Positions 12,549 to 25,644 of a stretch of 64,000 nucleotides of DNA are shown here, piece after piece (within the stretch, counting starts at the first letter, position 1; every line of letters begins with the position of its first letter). The stretch lies in assembly GCF_001194135.2 (NCBI RefSeq), contig NC_068982.1:175083733-175147732 (forward strand). Direction: 5' to 3'. This DNA comes from Octopus bimaculoides (Eukaryota). The notes beneath the pieces were generated by a model. It was not told the DNA's origin, searched no databases, and saw nothing but the letters and a program-made list of their open reading frames with translations. The position numbers and the translations under genes are program-made.

Positions 12549-13599
12549 NNNNNNNNNNNNNNNNNNNNNNNNNNNNNNNNNNNNNNNNNNNNNNNNNNNN
12601 NNNNNNNNNNNNNNNNNNNNNNNNNNNNNNNNNNNNNNNNNNNNNNNNNNNNNNNNNNNNNNNNNNNNNNNNNNNNNNNNNNNNNNNNNNNNNNNNNNNN
12701 NNNNNNNNNNNNNNNNNNNNNNNNNNNNNNNNNNNNNNNNNNNNNNNNNNNNNNNNNNNNNNNNNNNNNNNNNNNNNNNNNNNNNNNNNNNNNNNNNNNN
12801 NNNNNNNNNNNNNNNNNNNNNNNNNNNNNNNNNNNNNNNNNNNNNNNNNNNNNNNNNNNNNNNNNNNNNNNNNNNNNNNNNNNNNNNNNNNNNNNNNNNN
12901 NNNNNNNNNNNNNNNNNNNNNNNNNNNNNNNNNNNNNNNNNNNNNNNNNNNNNNNNNNNNNNNNNNNNNNNNNNNNNNNNNNNNNNNNNNNNNNNNNNNN
13001 NNNNNNNNNNNNNNNNNNNNNNNNNNNNNNNNNNNNNNNNNNNNNNNNNNNNNNNNNNNNNNNNNNNNNNNNNNNNNNNNNNNNNNNNNNNNNNNNNNNN
13101 NNNNNNNNNNNNNNNNNNNNNNNTATATATATATGTTCCTATACATTTAATAATGTATGAAGCCGTTAAATTCGCTTTAAATATATTTCATAAGGTATGA
13201 AAAATTTCGCCACACAACAGCTACACGGTCACTCATTCAGTTCTACTGTATGTACTCGTGTATGTATGTATGCATGTATGTATGTATGTATGTATGTATG
13301 TATGTATGTATGTATGTATTCCTCAACATGTGCTGAGAAAGAAAAGCACACGGTAGTCTGCACCAATAACAGAGGATTTTATTCCCCCGCTACTGGTCTG
13401 GAATGAAAGAAGAGCTCACACATTGCTATTTCTAACACACTGTAAAAGCCTGGATATTCTATGCACTTGAAATATATTCTTATGACATCAAGACATAAAT
13501 ATGTATTTGATGGATCGAACTGCAATAATGATTATACTAACGACGTTTTTGTAAACACCAATAATTCGATATGTGGCGCCAATCTTATTTCCAAATAGG

Positions 13600-13812
13600 T
13601 TCTTTTTAGTCATACAACCTGCTAGATATAGTAGTCAAATCTCCCTCAAGCAACATCCTACTGCCATAAATAAGAACGATGTATTCAATAATGTGATTCT
13701 GGATACATTAAGTCTAAAACTAAATTAGATGTTCATGGCTGGTCATATCTTTGATAATAGATTAGCTTGATTAAGAAACTCCTAGAGTTAAACAGCAGCA
13801 GCAGCAGCAGCA
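13600..13812 (-). repeat. Family D interspersed repeat (degenerate)
   Basis: Reverse complement of the GAGATTTG.CT.CTATTTCTAGCA block also seen at 25715-25895, 40075-40270 and 42505-42680. One end lies in an (AGC/AAC)n run. Confidence 0.5.
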
Positions 13813-15164
13813 GAGTAGTTTTTATCGCTAAATTAAATGAAGGGTAGCGCCCTTATCCCTTGTCATAGTCACTGAAACTGGTTGGAGGAAGAGAGGAAGC
13901 CATCTTCAGACCGGATACTCGGCCTCAATAAAGGCACCCAAAAAAGAAAGTAGAGGGATTGAATTAGGCCCTAGGGATCTAGGAGATGGTCCTGCAGTTA
14001 AATTTGATGTTTATCTGTAATATAAAAGGCACTTAAATGAAAAAGAAAAAAAATCCCTTTGAAACATCTTAATATCACTGATATGAAATGATAACGATAT
14101 AAAAGCAACGGTGATGGTGAGTTATGTTATGTCACATATCGCCTTTAAGAATATCAATGCATTTCTCTTGATTCGTCTCTATATATCAATATCGAAGGCT
14201 AAGTTATGTGTGAACTGCACGTGAGTCAGTATGGTGACACCTGCAAGGATCGGTGGGTAGGTCAATCGATGTCATGTCACCATGAAATAATACATAAAAC
14301 ACAATCACGAAATGAGAAAACAAAAAAACAACAAACAAACCCAAAAATCAAACAAAAAAACAAACAAACAAAAGAAAAGAAAAAAATCCCCCAAAAAACA
14401 ATCTGTTGGCAAAGGTTTGTCAGTTGATATCAAACTCGTACATGATATGATATATTAGAGAATCATTGGATCTTTGGTGTGTGTGTGTGTGTGTGGTGGG
14501 ATGTCTGTGTATGTATGTACAATCGCATAAGTACGTACTTGTGTGTGTACGGGCGTATGCATGTTTTATGCCTCTATGCGCGTGCGCTTGCGAAAGCAAT
14601 AGACAAAGATGGACGGAACTAGCAAAGAAGAGGAATAATAAAACAGAGCTACGACGAGGGAGACATGACAAAGGAAAGAAGAATAGAAACAGGAAGGGAG
14701 CTCAGAGTGATAATGTATTCTCATTGTTAGGACTGCAAAAACAAAATAAAATGTTTTTAACACATATTCTTACATCTCATTTCTTCCTCACATCTTGAGT
14801 TCCCTATTGGCTTTTCCCCCACTTTTTCCTCTCTCTCTCTCGATCTCACACTCTGTGTCCCTCTCTGTCCTTTCTTTCTTTCGCTCTCTCTCTCTCTCTG
14901 TGAGTGTATACGTGTATGTACATACATATAACCACGCACGCACGCGCACACATACACACACACACACTCATGCACATATATATATAAACATATACATATG
15001 CGTACACACGCACGCATGTATTTATACGACGGTTCTAACAAAAGTAATATTAAAGCGAGCAGAATTGTTTTAAATGACTTAGGTCGTTCAAATTACATAG
15101 GTTGGCAGAGTAAATCTTTCTCTATTAGAGAAAGAGTTACTCTACCAACATATGCAAGTATATA

Positions 15165-15470
15165 ACTGGACTTTGTCTCCGTCGCAAGCGATGCATTTGC
15201 GCCATCGTTGAATCTAACTCTCGAATCCTCTCTGTAAAAATTCGATCATGCATTGTTGTGCCCACTTCTTTAAAGTCACTTCCACGTCGTCCGTGTCATC
15301 AAATCTGTCTCTGAAGACTGCCCTTCATTGGATCGACGAGGCGGAAGTCGGAGGATGTCACATACGGTCTGTATGGTGGCTGGAGGACAACTGGGTTTTC
15401 ACTTTGCTGATTGCTTCATTTATTTCCTGAGAGTGGATAGTTTTCAGATTCTTGTTTGGTCGCTTTCTCC
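15165..15470 (-). mobile_element. Mariner transposase C-terminal remnant
   Basis: Broken translation VLQPPYRPYVTSSDFRLVDPMKGSL.DRFDDTDDVEVTLKKW...RGFES*IQRWRKCIACDGDKV matches the mariner pattern HPPYSPDLAPSDF.LF..MK..L...RF...EV...W...GI..L..RW.KCI..DG.YV. Confidence 0.7.
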
Positions 15471-15542
15471 CAGCGTCTTCTCTAAGCATCTTTGAGCTAA
15501 ATGCATACTCGATCAGAACTGACTAAGGTTACACAAGATCAG

Positions 15543-15573
<31 letters not shown>

Positions 15574-17194
15574 CATCGTATTGAGAAATGACTCTCATAA
15601 TCTGGAATTCCTTTGATATTTAATACCGGAACGAGGGAAAAAGCCCATGACGTTTAAAGACTCTCAGATCAATGGTATGATCAATGGTATGATCAATGAC
15701 AAGTGAAGTTCAGCTTCATCTCCTATAGTTTGGTGCTTGTAACAAAGCCATTGGCAAAGATTGAATTCTAAGGATTCATATATTCCTTGCAAAAAATCTA
15801 AGTAAGATACAGTAAAGGTAATGAAAGCAAAGAATGAGGAACTAGTGTTTATAAGGTGTAGGTAGGGTGATACATCAACTAAAACTACATACAGCAAATT
15901 AATCGCCATCGTTTGAATTGTATAAGGATCTACACACTTTTTACATAAATATTCATTTATAAAAGTATAACATCTTGTGTATATGCATGCATTTATAAAC
16001 AGCTACACATACTTATACACACAAACACGTCCATATATAAACACACAAGGGTTATGGATTAGTGGGCTTGGGCAGAGGTGACATGCAGCTTAGTAGCTGA
16101 AAATGCAACTGTGATGGCAAAGGAACTAATCTACTTATTTTATCACTTTATCATAATGCTTTTCCTTTCATTTAAACAGTATGCATTTGATTTCATCTTT
16201 AAACTATGTAAACTAACGTCGAACCACCACTCTCATTGACCTGCACAACACAGTCTCATAGCATCGAGTCTCTACGCACTTCGCCATATTAGCTCTACTT
16301 ATGATATCCTCTGTTTTTACTAATATTTACAATCCTTACATTATATAAACCTTCTCTTACTTAGAAATCGTTCTATGCAAACACACCGATTATAATTTAA
16401 TGCTGTTTCAATTGCGTTTCTCGAATTCTTCCCATATTACATGATATTAAGATTATAATATTGTTTTTATCTTATGATATTATTATTTATTCTATCACTT
16501 TTCCTTATGCACACACACACACACACACACACATTGATTTTAAACCAATAATGCTGTTTTACGGGTGGTCGTGTCCGTTATCCAGTTTTAGATATAATTG
16601 AAATAGACTTTAAGGNNNNNNNNNNNNNNNNNNNNNNNNNNNNNNNNNNNNNNNNNNNNNNNNNNNNNNNNNNNNNNNNNNNNNNNNNNNNNNNNNNNNN
16701 NNNNNNNNNNNNNNNNNNNNNNNNNNNNNNNNNNNNNNNNNNNNNNNNNNNNNNNNNNNNNNNNNNNNNNNNNNNNNNNNNNNNNNNNNNNNNNNNNNNN
16801 NNNNNNNNNCACACACACACACACACACAAACACATTGCAATGTATGACCTTTGAGAATGTTTGGTCACATATACATGTCCCCACCAGAAGCTTCCATTT
16901 CTTTTTCGAGTCTGAACATCAAAAGTCTACGTTCCAGAAACTGGTCATCCGCCCAGAACGACTAGAACCACATGCAAGGCAGTCCGTTTCATTTCCTGTC
17001 AGACTAGAATCGTCCATGACCGAAAGAGAAACGACAAACTTGGAATTTGATGCATGCTGCATAACATCAGGTTACGTCGTCTTTCATTAACAGCCCGCTA
17101 AATTTAGTCGGAAAACAGCCAGTGCTGTCTGTCTGTCTGTTTGTTTGTCTCTCTGTTTGTTTGTCTGTCTGTCTGTTTCTCTCTCTCTCTCTCT

Positions 17195-17600
17195 CTAGGA
17201 TTTTTTGCATATATGTATATGTATAATAGATAATAAAACGAATGGTTTACATCCGGTAGCTTACTGGTAAAGTACGGTCAGTTTCAGTGATCGTTATGTA
17301 TATGGCAAATGAAAGATGGAATATACGAGAATTTATTATTAATCACGACAATTGTTTCGACACATCTAGCATCGATCCCTCATAGGTGAGACATTCAGTA
17401 ATTGGTTCAGGAGCAACCGGCGTGGCAGATTTATCTCGTCGGGTGATAAATAAATACAACTCGTTAAAATAACAGCTCTGCAATGTAACTTCCCGTTTTG
17501 TAGAAAGAAAAGCAGCCAGACGGAGGAAATATCTTCATTTATATAGAAGATCAAAAGTAAAATCACAGATGACAAAAAGAGAAACGAGCGCGCAATTTGG
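17195..17600 (-). mobile_element. Probable PLE-type tail containing a degenerate minimal hammerhead motif (17343-17389)
   Basis: Minus strand reads TCAC-CTATGA-...-GAAACAATTGTC-GTGA. Stem I is TCAC/GTGA, stem III is the palindrome ACAATTGT and the triplet is GUC, but the core lacks one G (CUAUGA). Element boundaries are inferred from the flanking microsatellites. Confidence 0.5.
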
Positions 17601-18479
17601 CATATATATATATATANNNNNNNNNNNNNNNNNNNNNNNNNNNNNNNNNNNNNNNNNNNNNNNNNNNNNNNNNNNNNNNNNNNNNNNNNNNNNNNNNNNN
17701 NNNNNNNNNNNNNNNNNNNNNNNNNNNNNNNNNNNNNNNNNNNNNNNNNNNNNNNNNNNNNNNNNNNNNNNNNNNNNNNNNNNNNNNNNNNNNNNNNNNN
17801 NNNNNNNNNNNNNNNNNNNNNNNNNNNNNNNNNNNNNNNNNNNNNNNNNNNNNNNNNNNNNNNNNNNNNNNNNNNNNNNNNNNNNNNNNNNNNNNNNNNN
17901 NNNNNNNNNNNNNNNNNNNNNNNNNNNNNNNNNNNNNNNNNNNNNNNNNNNNNNNNNNNNNNNNNNNNNNNNNNNNNNNNNNNNNNNNNNNNNNNNNNNN
18001 NNNNNNNNNNNNNNNNNNNNNNNNNNNNNNNNNNNNNNNNNNNNNNNNNNNNNNNNNNNNNNNNNNNNNNNNNNNNNNNNNNNNNNNNNNNNNNNNNNNN
18101 NNNNNNNNNNNNNNNNNNNNNNNNNNNNNNNNNNNNNNNNNNNNNNNNNNNNNNNNNNNNNNNNNNNNNNNNNNNNNNNNNNNNNNNNNNNNNNNNNNNN
18201 NNNNNNNNNNNNNNNNNNNNNNNNNNNNNNNNNNNNNNNNNNNNNNNNNNNNNNNNNNNNNNNNNNNNNNNGGGGGGGGGGGGAATATATACGCCACAGA
18301 ATCTGGGAAACCATCCTTATGAGCCTAAGGCCCGAGTAGGACTGTTGATCCTTTTCCACACAAACACACACACGTGCACGAGCACACGCTCACACGCACA
18401 TGCACACACATACACACATACGAGCACACACACATACACGCACACATTTATCATCATAATCCGCAGACGAAGCTATAAC

Positions 18480-19860
18480 ATCTTTCCTGTCTGCCAGCGT
18501 ATGTCTTGACTTTGCTGCCTGACAAAGCTGTTCGTTTTGTGCATCCTGCTGCAGGATGTATAGCAGCCTTCTGAAGCACTTGTACTCAAATGCTTGGATT
18601 CTTTGCTCCATATCAGCTATAAGAATCCAGCTCTCACATCCATATAGAAAGATCGAAGTTACCAGGGTCTTTTACATTCTGAATCTTGTTGAAAAACTAA
18701 TGGAATTCATTTCCCATATGTTGTTAAGCTTCGTCATGGCAGCAGAAGCTAAATTGAATCTTGTTGATATCTTCTTTTGAGATCTGTCGTCTTTGTTCAA
18801 AGTGGATCCTAGGTACTTGAAGGTGTCTGCTTCATCAAGTTCTCTCTCCATTTAGCATGATGTTGGCTTCTGTGTTTTGCTTGTTACTAATAATCAGGAT
18901 CTTGCTCTTTTTCTGAGCTGATCTCCATCCTGTATGCTCCTGAAACTTTTTTTCAGTTTGGTACTAAGCTCCTATAGTTCTGTTTCACTACTTCTTAACA
19001 GGTCAATATCAACAGAAAAGTACAATTTGGAAATGGGCAGCCCTATAATAAAAATAGAAGGGTGTGTGATTTCACGTGTCTCCTGCACAATGTTCTCCAG
19101 GAAGACGTTGAAAAGAAATGGAGAGAGGAGACATCCTCGTTGAACATCCACTGTTGTCCTGAAGAATTCTTCGATGCTGTTGTTTAGGAGATATGCATGA
19201 GTTTCCACACCGTGCTTGGATTACTTCCATGATGTTGTTCTCGAAGTTATAATTCTTCATCACCTGCCACAACCCATCGTGTCACACACGGTCAAAGGCC
19301 TTTTTGAATTTGAAGAAGTTCTGATAGAATGTCAGATTGGTGTTCCAGACGTTTTGTAGCGAGCAGTCTAGTGTTAAATACCTGCTCCACAGTACTCCTT
19401 GGAGGCCCAAATCCTGTCTGTTTTTCTACGAAGATTTCTTATGTCTTCCCCTTAAGTCTGTTTAGTATAACTTTTAGCAATACTTTGCTGGGGTTGCTAA
19501 TTAGGCTGATTGTTCTATAATTCTGGTAGAGACTTCAGTTGCCTTTCTTGGGAATGGGTATCATCAGTGATTGGGTCCATTCCTTTGGCCACTACTTCGT
19601 CTCTCATATCTTCTGACAAGTAACTGTTTCTGCCTTGATAAGCTGTAGCCCTCCATGTTTTAGGAGCTCTGATGGTTTGTTATCCACTCCTGGGGGTTTC
19701 CTATCATTGAGCATGCGCACTGGTTCTTCGACTTCCTTCTGGGGAATTGGAGCATCCCAAGGTTTTCTGTTATTGTTGTTGTTGGAATTGCGTAGAATGT
19801 TGCTATCATGTCTGAGTTTGTGATTGCAAAAGTTTTTGCAGAATCAGTGTGACATAATGC
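18480..19860 (-). mobile_element. RTE-clade LINE, reverse-transcriptase region (pseudogenised)
   Basis: Across frameshifts the motifs are FCKNFCNHKLRHDSNIL, KPPGVDN.PSELLKHGG, WPKEWTQSLMIPIPKKGN, NYRTISLISNPSKVLLKVILNRL, KAFDRV.HDGLWQVM, VQRGCLLSPFLFNVFLE, FKYLGS and MEQRIQAFEYKCFRRLLYI. Confidence 0.92.
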
Positions 19861-19944
19861 TGGCTGTTTGAACTATAGGTTCAGTCCCTCTTGCAGGCAT
19901 CCATATACTGCTTTGGCATTGAGTAGAGGTTGATGTAAAAGAAT

Positions 19945-20030
19945 ACATGGTTCCGATGCCACACAGTGTGATCGAACCCGGGAATATATGGTTGTGAAGC
20001 AAACTTCTTAAGGCCATGCCTGCGAATATA
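19945..20030 (-). mobile_element. Truncated family A SINE head
   Basis: Minus strand GCAGGCATGGCCTTAAGAAGTTTGCTTCACAACCA...CCCGGGTTCGATCACACTGTGTGGCATC aligns to the family A head. Confidence 0.6.
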
Positions 20031-21811
20031 TTGAACCATATTTCGTTTGTGTATTCGTTTAAAGCCATTTTTTGCACTCATTTCAGTGATGGCGTTTAAT
20101 AGGTGTGATTATATCAAATTGTCAACTCACTGTTTGTAACTAATTCTTTACGTATTTGTCCATCCCGCCTACCATCATTACAACACCCTTTTCCCCAGTT
20201 TTAGACCCATTAACTTCTCTCATTCTTTCATTCTTAACTCTCTTTCTCTCACATATTCTCACAAACACATTTTCACATACACACATTCACATACGTTAAA
20301 AGCACACATTCACACACATACTCATACGCCATTGTTTGTTAATTTTCTATATATGTATGCTTCAATAAACATAACCCGTCACCACCACCACCATCATTAC
20401 TCTTTATAAGCACATAAAAAAATTGTTGTACATAAGCACATCAGTAAGTCTGTATGTATGGCGTCACGACTACCATAAAAATATCATTGTATTGATAGAA
20501 ACGTTACGTACCGATGTGATCTAGATAGACTCTGTGTATGAGGGAAAGAACGAAATAGAATAGCATCGAAAGAGTGAAGAGGATTGGTTATTCTTAAGTA
20601 GTGGACACGTCAAGGTGGTTTCCATCTCGAACAGTGGTTTGCAACTGTTTGTGAACAAAAAAAAAAGGTAAAAATAAAAACAAAACCAAGAAGAAAAAGA
20701 GAAAAAAAAAAAAACAGAAGCAAATTCTGCGCTGTGGTTTATCATTGATAATGTTTCTGTTGACCAATAACAATGTCTTATTCATATTTTAATGCCGACC
20801 AAAACTTTTAGAAAATGTGTTGAAGATATTGGTATTGTGCCTGCTTTGAATATTTTATTTCAAAGAAAAGTCACAAGCCTGCTAAACACTCTTGGCACTA
20901 ATAGCACCCGCTACAGTCATTTACCGCCTCTTTGTGGGCTCACAATGCTTCCAAGGAGATGCTACTTCTCAGGAAATCGCTGATCTAGAACACACACACA
21001 CACACACTTTCATAGAGTAGTGTAGTCGAAGATATCTTACGTTTAAGGAAGGCAGCACTCTGTTTGGTGATACTTTTATCAGCAAACGTCAGGAACATAC
21101 AACAGTAACCCTGTATAGAAGTACCGATGAACACGCCACATCTGGAGGTTTCTACATAATTAACATTAAAAAAAAAATGTGTACCAAGGCATAGGCTTAC
21201 AATCTGCATGTCTTCTATATATCGGCAGTAAGACATGTTGCTGAGTGTTCTTTGCGAAAGACAAAGGCAAACGTCACACGATCTTATCTTTTCTGTAAAA
21301 TTGTGACTTTGGAGTTCAAAAATCAATACATAATATATCGATTAGAATGAGTCTCAGAGAAAATAGCAAGATCTTCAAAAGCCGGGACCTAGTTCACTTC
21401 CATTTCTAATTGAATCAATTGCATTTTATGCATATCTTAATTTTCTTTGACAAAATATGTCCGTTAAACACCACATTGTAAATAAACATAAAGTGTAGTC
21501 CGTTGAGCTCGGTCAAACGAAAGCTGTGGCTCCATCTTTTGTTGATTTATAATTGTAGCCATTAGTGATTAATGTATTTGAGAAGGAACACTCGTCTAAT
21601 ATTCTCATTTCTCTCCGCTTCATTTTAAAATATAAATAAATATTTCTGCAAGTGAAATACCAGATACTGAAACGATTCGCCTGTTGAAATTGAGTTCGCA
21701 TCTCGCTTAACTAAGTTCACCTTAAGAAAGGCTTCAATGTAAGTCTTCTCAATTACCCATTTCCAAAGATTATAGAACCTTTTAAAAACAACTTTCGAAT
21801 AGACACAAAAC

Positions 21812-22197
21812 TTTGTTGGCACTCCGTCGCTTACGACGTCGAGGGTTCCAGTTGATCCGATCAACGGAACAGCCTGCTCGTGAAATTAACGTGCAAGTGG
21901 CTGAGCACTCCACAGACACGTGTACCCTTAACGTAGTTCCCGGGGATATTCAGCGTGACACAGAGTGTGACAAGGCTGACCCTTTGAATTACAGGCACGA
22001 CAGAAACAGGAAGTAAGAGTGAGAGAAAGTTGTGGTGAAAGAGTACAGCAGGGTTCACCACCATCCCCTACGGGAGCCTCGTGGAGCTTTAGGTGTTTTC
22101 GCTCAATAAATACTCACAACGCCTGGACTGGGAATCGAAACCGCGATCCTATGACCGCGAGTCCGCTGCCCTAACCACTGGGCCATTGTACCTCCAC
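21812..22197 (-). mobile_element. tRNA-derived SINE with the family B long tail, apparently full length
   Basis: Head GGCCCAGTGGTTAGGGCAGCGGACTCGCGGTCATAGGATCGCGGTTTCGATTCCC. The roughly 170-nt 3' tail ending GACGGAGTGCCAAC is shared with 63565-63730 and 63917-64000. Confidence 0.88.
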
Positions 22198-22577
22198 ACA
22201 AAACAAAATTTTATACGAAAGGGAGATGTGAGGGTAATTTACTCAACTACAGGATCTGACTGGTACTTATTACATCAATGCAAGGCTGATGATAGAACAG
22301 AGCATTGGCTCGAGTAGGAGATGAACACAGAAACAGAGAATCAGCCGATTCCAAAGCAGTCTCCAAAGCATCTAGTCAGAATTCCTTGGCTTAGTATTTG
22401 GTTTATTTCGAACACACACAATACCTTGAACTAATATAGTGTTGAAGTCAGGAACCTACAATGCCGATCCCCAAGGTCAAGTGAGACGAATCAAACCTTG
22501 GATGGATTGAAGCAAATAACGCATTTTGTGCTGTCCGTTTACACCACCCTTATACACACACACACACACAGCTGAGC

Positions 22578-22860
22578 AGGTGTGGCTGCATGTTAAGGAA
22601 TTTTGTTTTCCAGCCACGTGGTTCCGTCCGGATTCAGTCCCACTGCGTAGCACCTTGGGCAACTGTGTGTGTGTTTCTGTGTGTGTTTGTTCCCCATCAC
22701 CGCATGACGACCGGTGTTGGTGTGTTCAGGTCTCCATAATTTAGCGCTTCGGGAACAGAAAGTACGTACTGGTGCCGATTCGTACGACTAAAATTCTTCA
22801 AGGCGGTGTCCCAGCATGACAGCAATTTAATGACTGAAACATCCGATAAAAGAAAAGATA
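22578..22860 (+). mobile_element. Family A SINE, degenerate with an internal deletion
   Basis: GATTCAGTCCCACTGCGTAGCACCTTGGGCAA head and CORE-like block, followed by the 3' module GGCGGTGTCCCAGCATG...ATGACTGAAAC. Confidence 0.8.
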
Positions 22861-22889
22861 TATATATATATAAATATATATATATATAT

Positions 22890-23103
22890 TCTTTTATTCT
22901 ATTTTTTTTTACTTGTTTCAGTCATTTTGACTGTGGCCATGCTGGAGCACCGCCTTAAGTCAAACGAATCGACCCCAGGACTTATTTTTGTTAGCCTGGT
23001 ACTTATTCTATAGGTCACTTTTGCCGAACCACGAAGTTACGGAGATGTAAACACACCAATATCGGTTGTCAAGTGATGGCGAGGGCACAAACACAGACAC
23101 AAA

Positions 23104-23105
<2 letters not shown>
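22890..23105 (-). mobile_element. Family A SINE 3' half (5' half probably inside the adjacent gap)
   Basis: TTACTTGTTTCAGTCATTTTGACTGTGGCCATGCTGGAGCACCGCC...GACCCCAGGACTTAT is the reverse complement of the family A tail. Confidence 0.85.
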
Positions 23106-23139
<34 letters not shown>

Positions 23140-24559
23140 NNNNNNNNNNNNNNNNNNNNNNNNNNNNNNNNNNNNNNNNNNNNNNNNNNNNNNNNNNNNN
23201 NNNNNNNNNNNNNNNNNNNNNNNNNNNNNNNNNNNNNNNNNNNNNNNNNNNNNNNNNNNNNNNNNNNNNNNNNNNNNNNNNNNNNNNNNNNNNNNNNNNN
23301 NNNNNNNNNNNNNNNNNNNNNNNNNNNNNNNNNNNNNNNNNNNNNNNNNNNNNNNNNNNNNNNNNNNNNNNNNNNNNNNNNNNNNNNNNNNNNNNNNNNN
23401 NNNNNNNNNNNNNNNNNNNNNNNNNNNNNNNNNNNNNNNNNNNNNNNNNNNNNNNNNNNNNNNNNNNNNNNNNNNNNNNNNNNNNNNNNNNNNNNNNNNN
23501 NNNNNNNNNNNNNNNNNNNNNNNNNNNNNNNNNNNNNNNNNNNNNNNNNNNNNNNNNNNNNNNNNNNNNNNNNNNNNNNNNNNNNNNNNNNNNNNNNNNN
23601 NNNNNNNNNNNNNNNNNNNNNNNNNNNNNNNNNNNNNNNNNNNNNNNNNNNNNNNNNNNNNNNNNNNNNNNNNNNNNNNNNNNNNNNNNNNNNNNNNNNN
23701 NNNNNNNNNNNNNNNNNNNNNNNNNNNNNNNNNAAAAGCATCTACTTGTAAGATACTGTTTGATACCCAGTCTAAACCTTGCGCGGTTCAAGATTTTCTG
23801 TTCGAGCACGTCTTCAATAAAAAAAGCCAGAGGTCAACTTGGTTCATTTCAGTAATCATTTCACTTCGACAATCTACACTTTTCACTTCTTTACTTTCGT
23901 TCACATTTTTTTTCCTTGTCTCTATATTATTTTTTCTTTCCATTCATTCTTTTATTGTTTGGTTTTGTAAAAGATCCATTTCATTATAAAAAAAGAAAAA
24001 AAATTGTTTTTGCTTTGTCTTGGTTCACTTACCTCCCACCCTTAACGTCTAACTTGTCTATCATTCATTCTTTCTTTCTTTTTTCTTTTCTTCTCTTTTC
24101 TTTCAGTTTAGTTCTGTTCTTTCATTCTTTCTTAGAAGACAGAGAAATATATAACTTTTTCAGCCTGAACCAGTTGCAACCGTTGTTGCCTATGTGTTTA
24201 ACATTGAATTTTGTATTATACTGTTTTGCATTGTAGGTGTCGAGGATCAATATCTTGTAAAGGTATGTCTGTATTTTCAGCATTGTATGAATGTACGACC
24301 AGCTTGCTTCAACCATTGCATCTCAAAATGCGCGGACGACAAAAAACCCCTACCCCATACAAAGACATTGAAAAAGAGGCGACAACTAATGTAGAGCGGG
24401 CAGGTCGAGCTGTGTAATTACTTTGTGATTTCGCGTTTCTGCGTTCGATCTCACCACTCGGCATTCCGGGGGAGAAATAATTTTAATAGTCGTCACTCAT
24501 GTGTACACCTGAAGAATTGTCACCTCAACCTACAGAGGATATCCATCCATCCATCAATC

Positions 24560-25360
24560 TTCTTCATACTATTCCTGAGAGAGTCATGGGGGTAGAGTCA
24601 TCAGGTATCTTCTCCATAAGGCCCTGTCTGAAGCAACTGTCATTAGATTTTTCCAGCTCGATTCTCAAGCGTGATCAACTGAGACTATGGATATTATTCA
24701 ACCATCTCATTTTGGATCTACCCACAAAGTCTTCTGCCGGCTGGCTCAGCTTGATGAATCCGTCTTCTGATTCTTTTCTGCGACATTCTAATCACATATT
24801 CGTAGTACTGGAGGTGTGATCTCTCAATGCGAAGAAGTAGTGATTCGACCGGGAGATATTCCATGATCTCCGAGCTACGCACCCTGTCAAGCAAGTCACT
24901 CCAGAGATCCTTCGGAGAACCCATTTCAGCCTCTTGTATTTACGCTCGTACTCTTTCGGTCATTACTCAACATTTATGACCATAGGTAAAGATAGGCACG
25001 AAAACCGAATTGCATATAGCAAGTTTGGCCCTTTTTTTTTTTTTGCCAGCCATTTCTCTTCTGAGGATTGAATACTGAAGTTGGTGCATTACTGTGGCAG
25101 CACCTGAAATTTTAGCATCCAATTTAGCCTCCTGCCTCCCATCTTAGATATGTTTCGACCAAAGATTGGTCCAGGTCATGTCTAACTTAATAGCACCACC
25201 TGATAGGATTATCTAAATCTTTTTTTACAGTCAAGTTTTGTTTATCGTCCATTCAAGTAGTGAGTTCTTATTGAGTGAGTTATATCCAGGAATGGTGGCT
25301 TTGTATCCAGGTATGACAGTCCCGAATATTTAAACTTGTGTAATTGGGATAGTATAAATC
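24560..25360 (-). mobile_element. RTE-clade LINE C-terminal / 3' remnant
   Basis: Broken frames give ERKYKRLKWVLRR...DRVRSSEI...LLLRIERSHLQYY.YV.RM...AEPAGRR..GRSKMRWLN, the typical RTE post-RT pattern W.GH..RM...GRP..RW.D. Confidence 0.6.
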
Positions 25361-25447
25361 TACTCCTGAAAGTTTACAGGAAAAAAAATGGCAATAATAT
25401 ACATTATGCTAAAGTTAAATGAAACTACAACAATTATATAGATAACA

Positions 25448-25644
25448 TTGGTTTCAAATTTTGGAACGAGGTGCCAGCAATTTTGATATCGAGGGTAAGT
25501 CGATTATATAGACTCCAATGATCAACTGATATTTATTTTATCGACACCAAAAGGATGAAAATCAGAGTCGACCTCGGTAGCATTTGAACTCAGAACGTAA
25601 AGACGATCGAATCGCAGTTAAACATTTTGCTAGCTCGCCGCCTT
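25448..25644 (-). mobile_element. tRNA-derived SINE, family C
   Basis: Minus-strand head AAGGCGGCGAGCTAGCA...GAGTTCAAAT and central block CTTTTGGTGTCGATAAAATAAAT. Flanked by the direct repeat AATTATATAG (25432-25441 and 25646-25655). Confidence 0.85.

Noticed and set aside
16850-17100. Possible further RTE 3' remnant on the minus strand
   Set aside because: Only a faint W.GHV-like trace, too decayed to support a call.
19844-20081. ORFs upstream of the RTE remnant as its N-terminal part
   Set aside because: The region contains a truncated family A SINE head, and no APE endonuclease motifs are visible.
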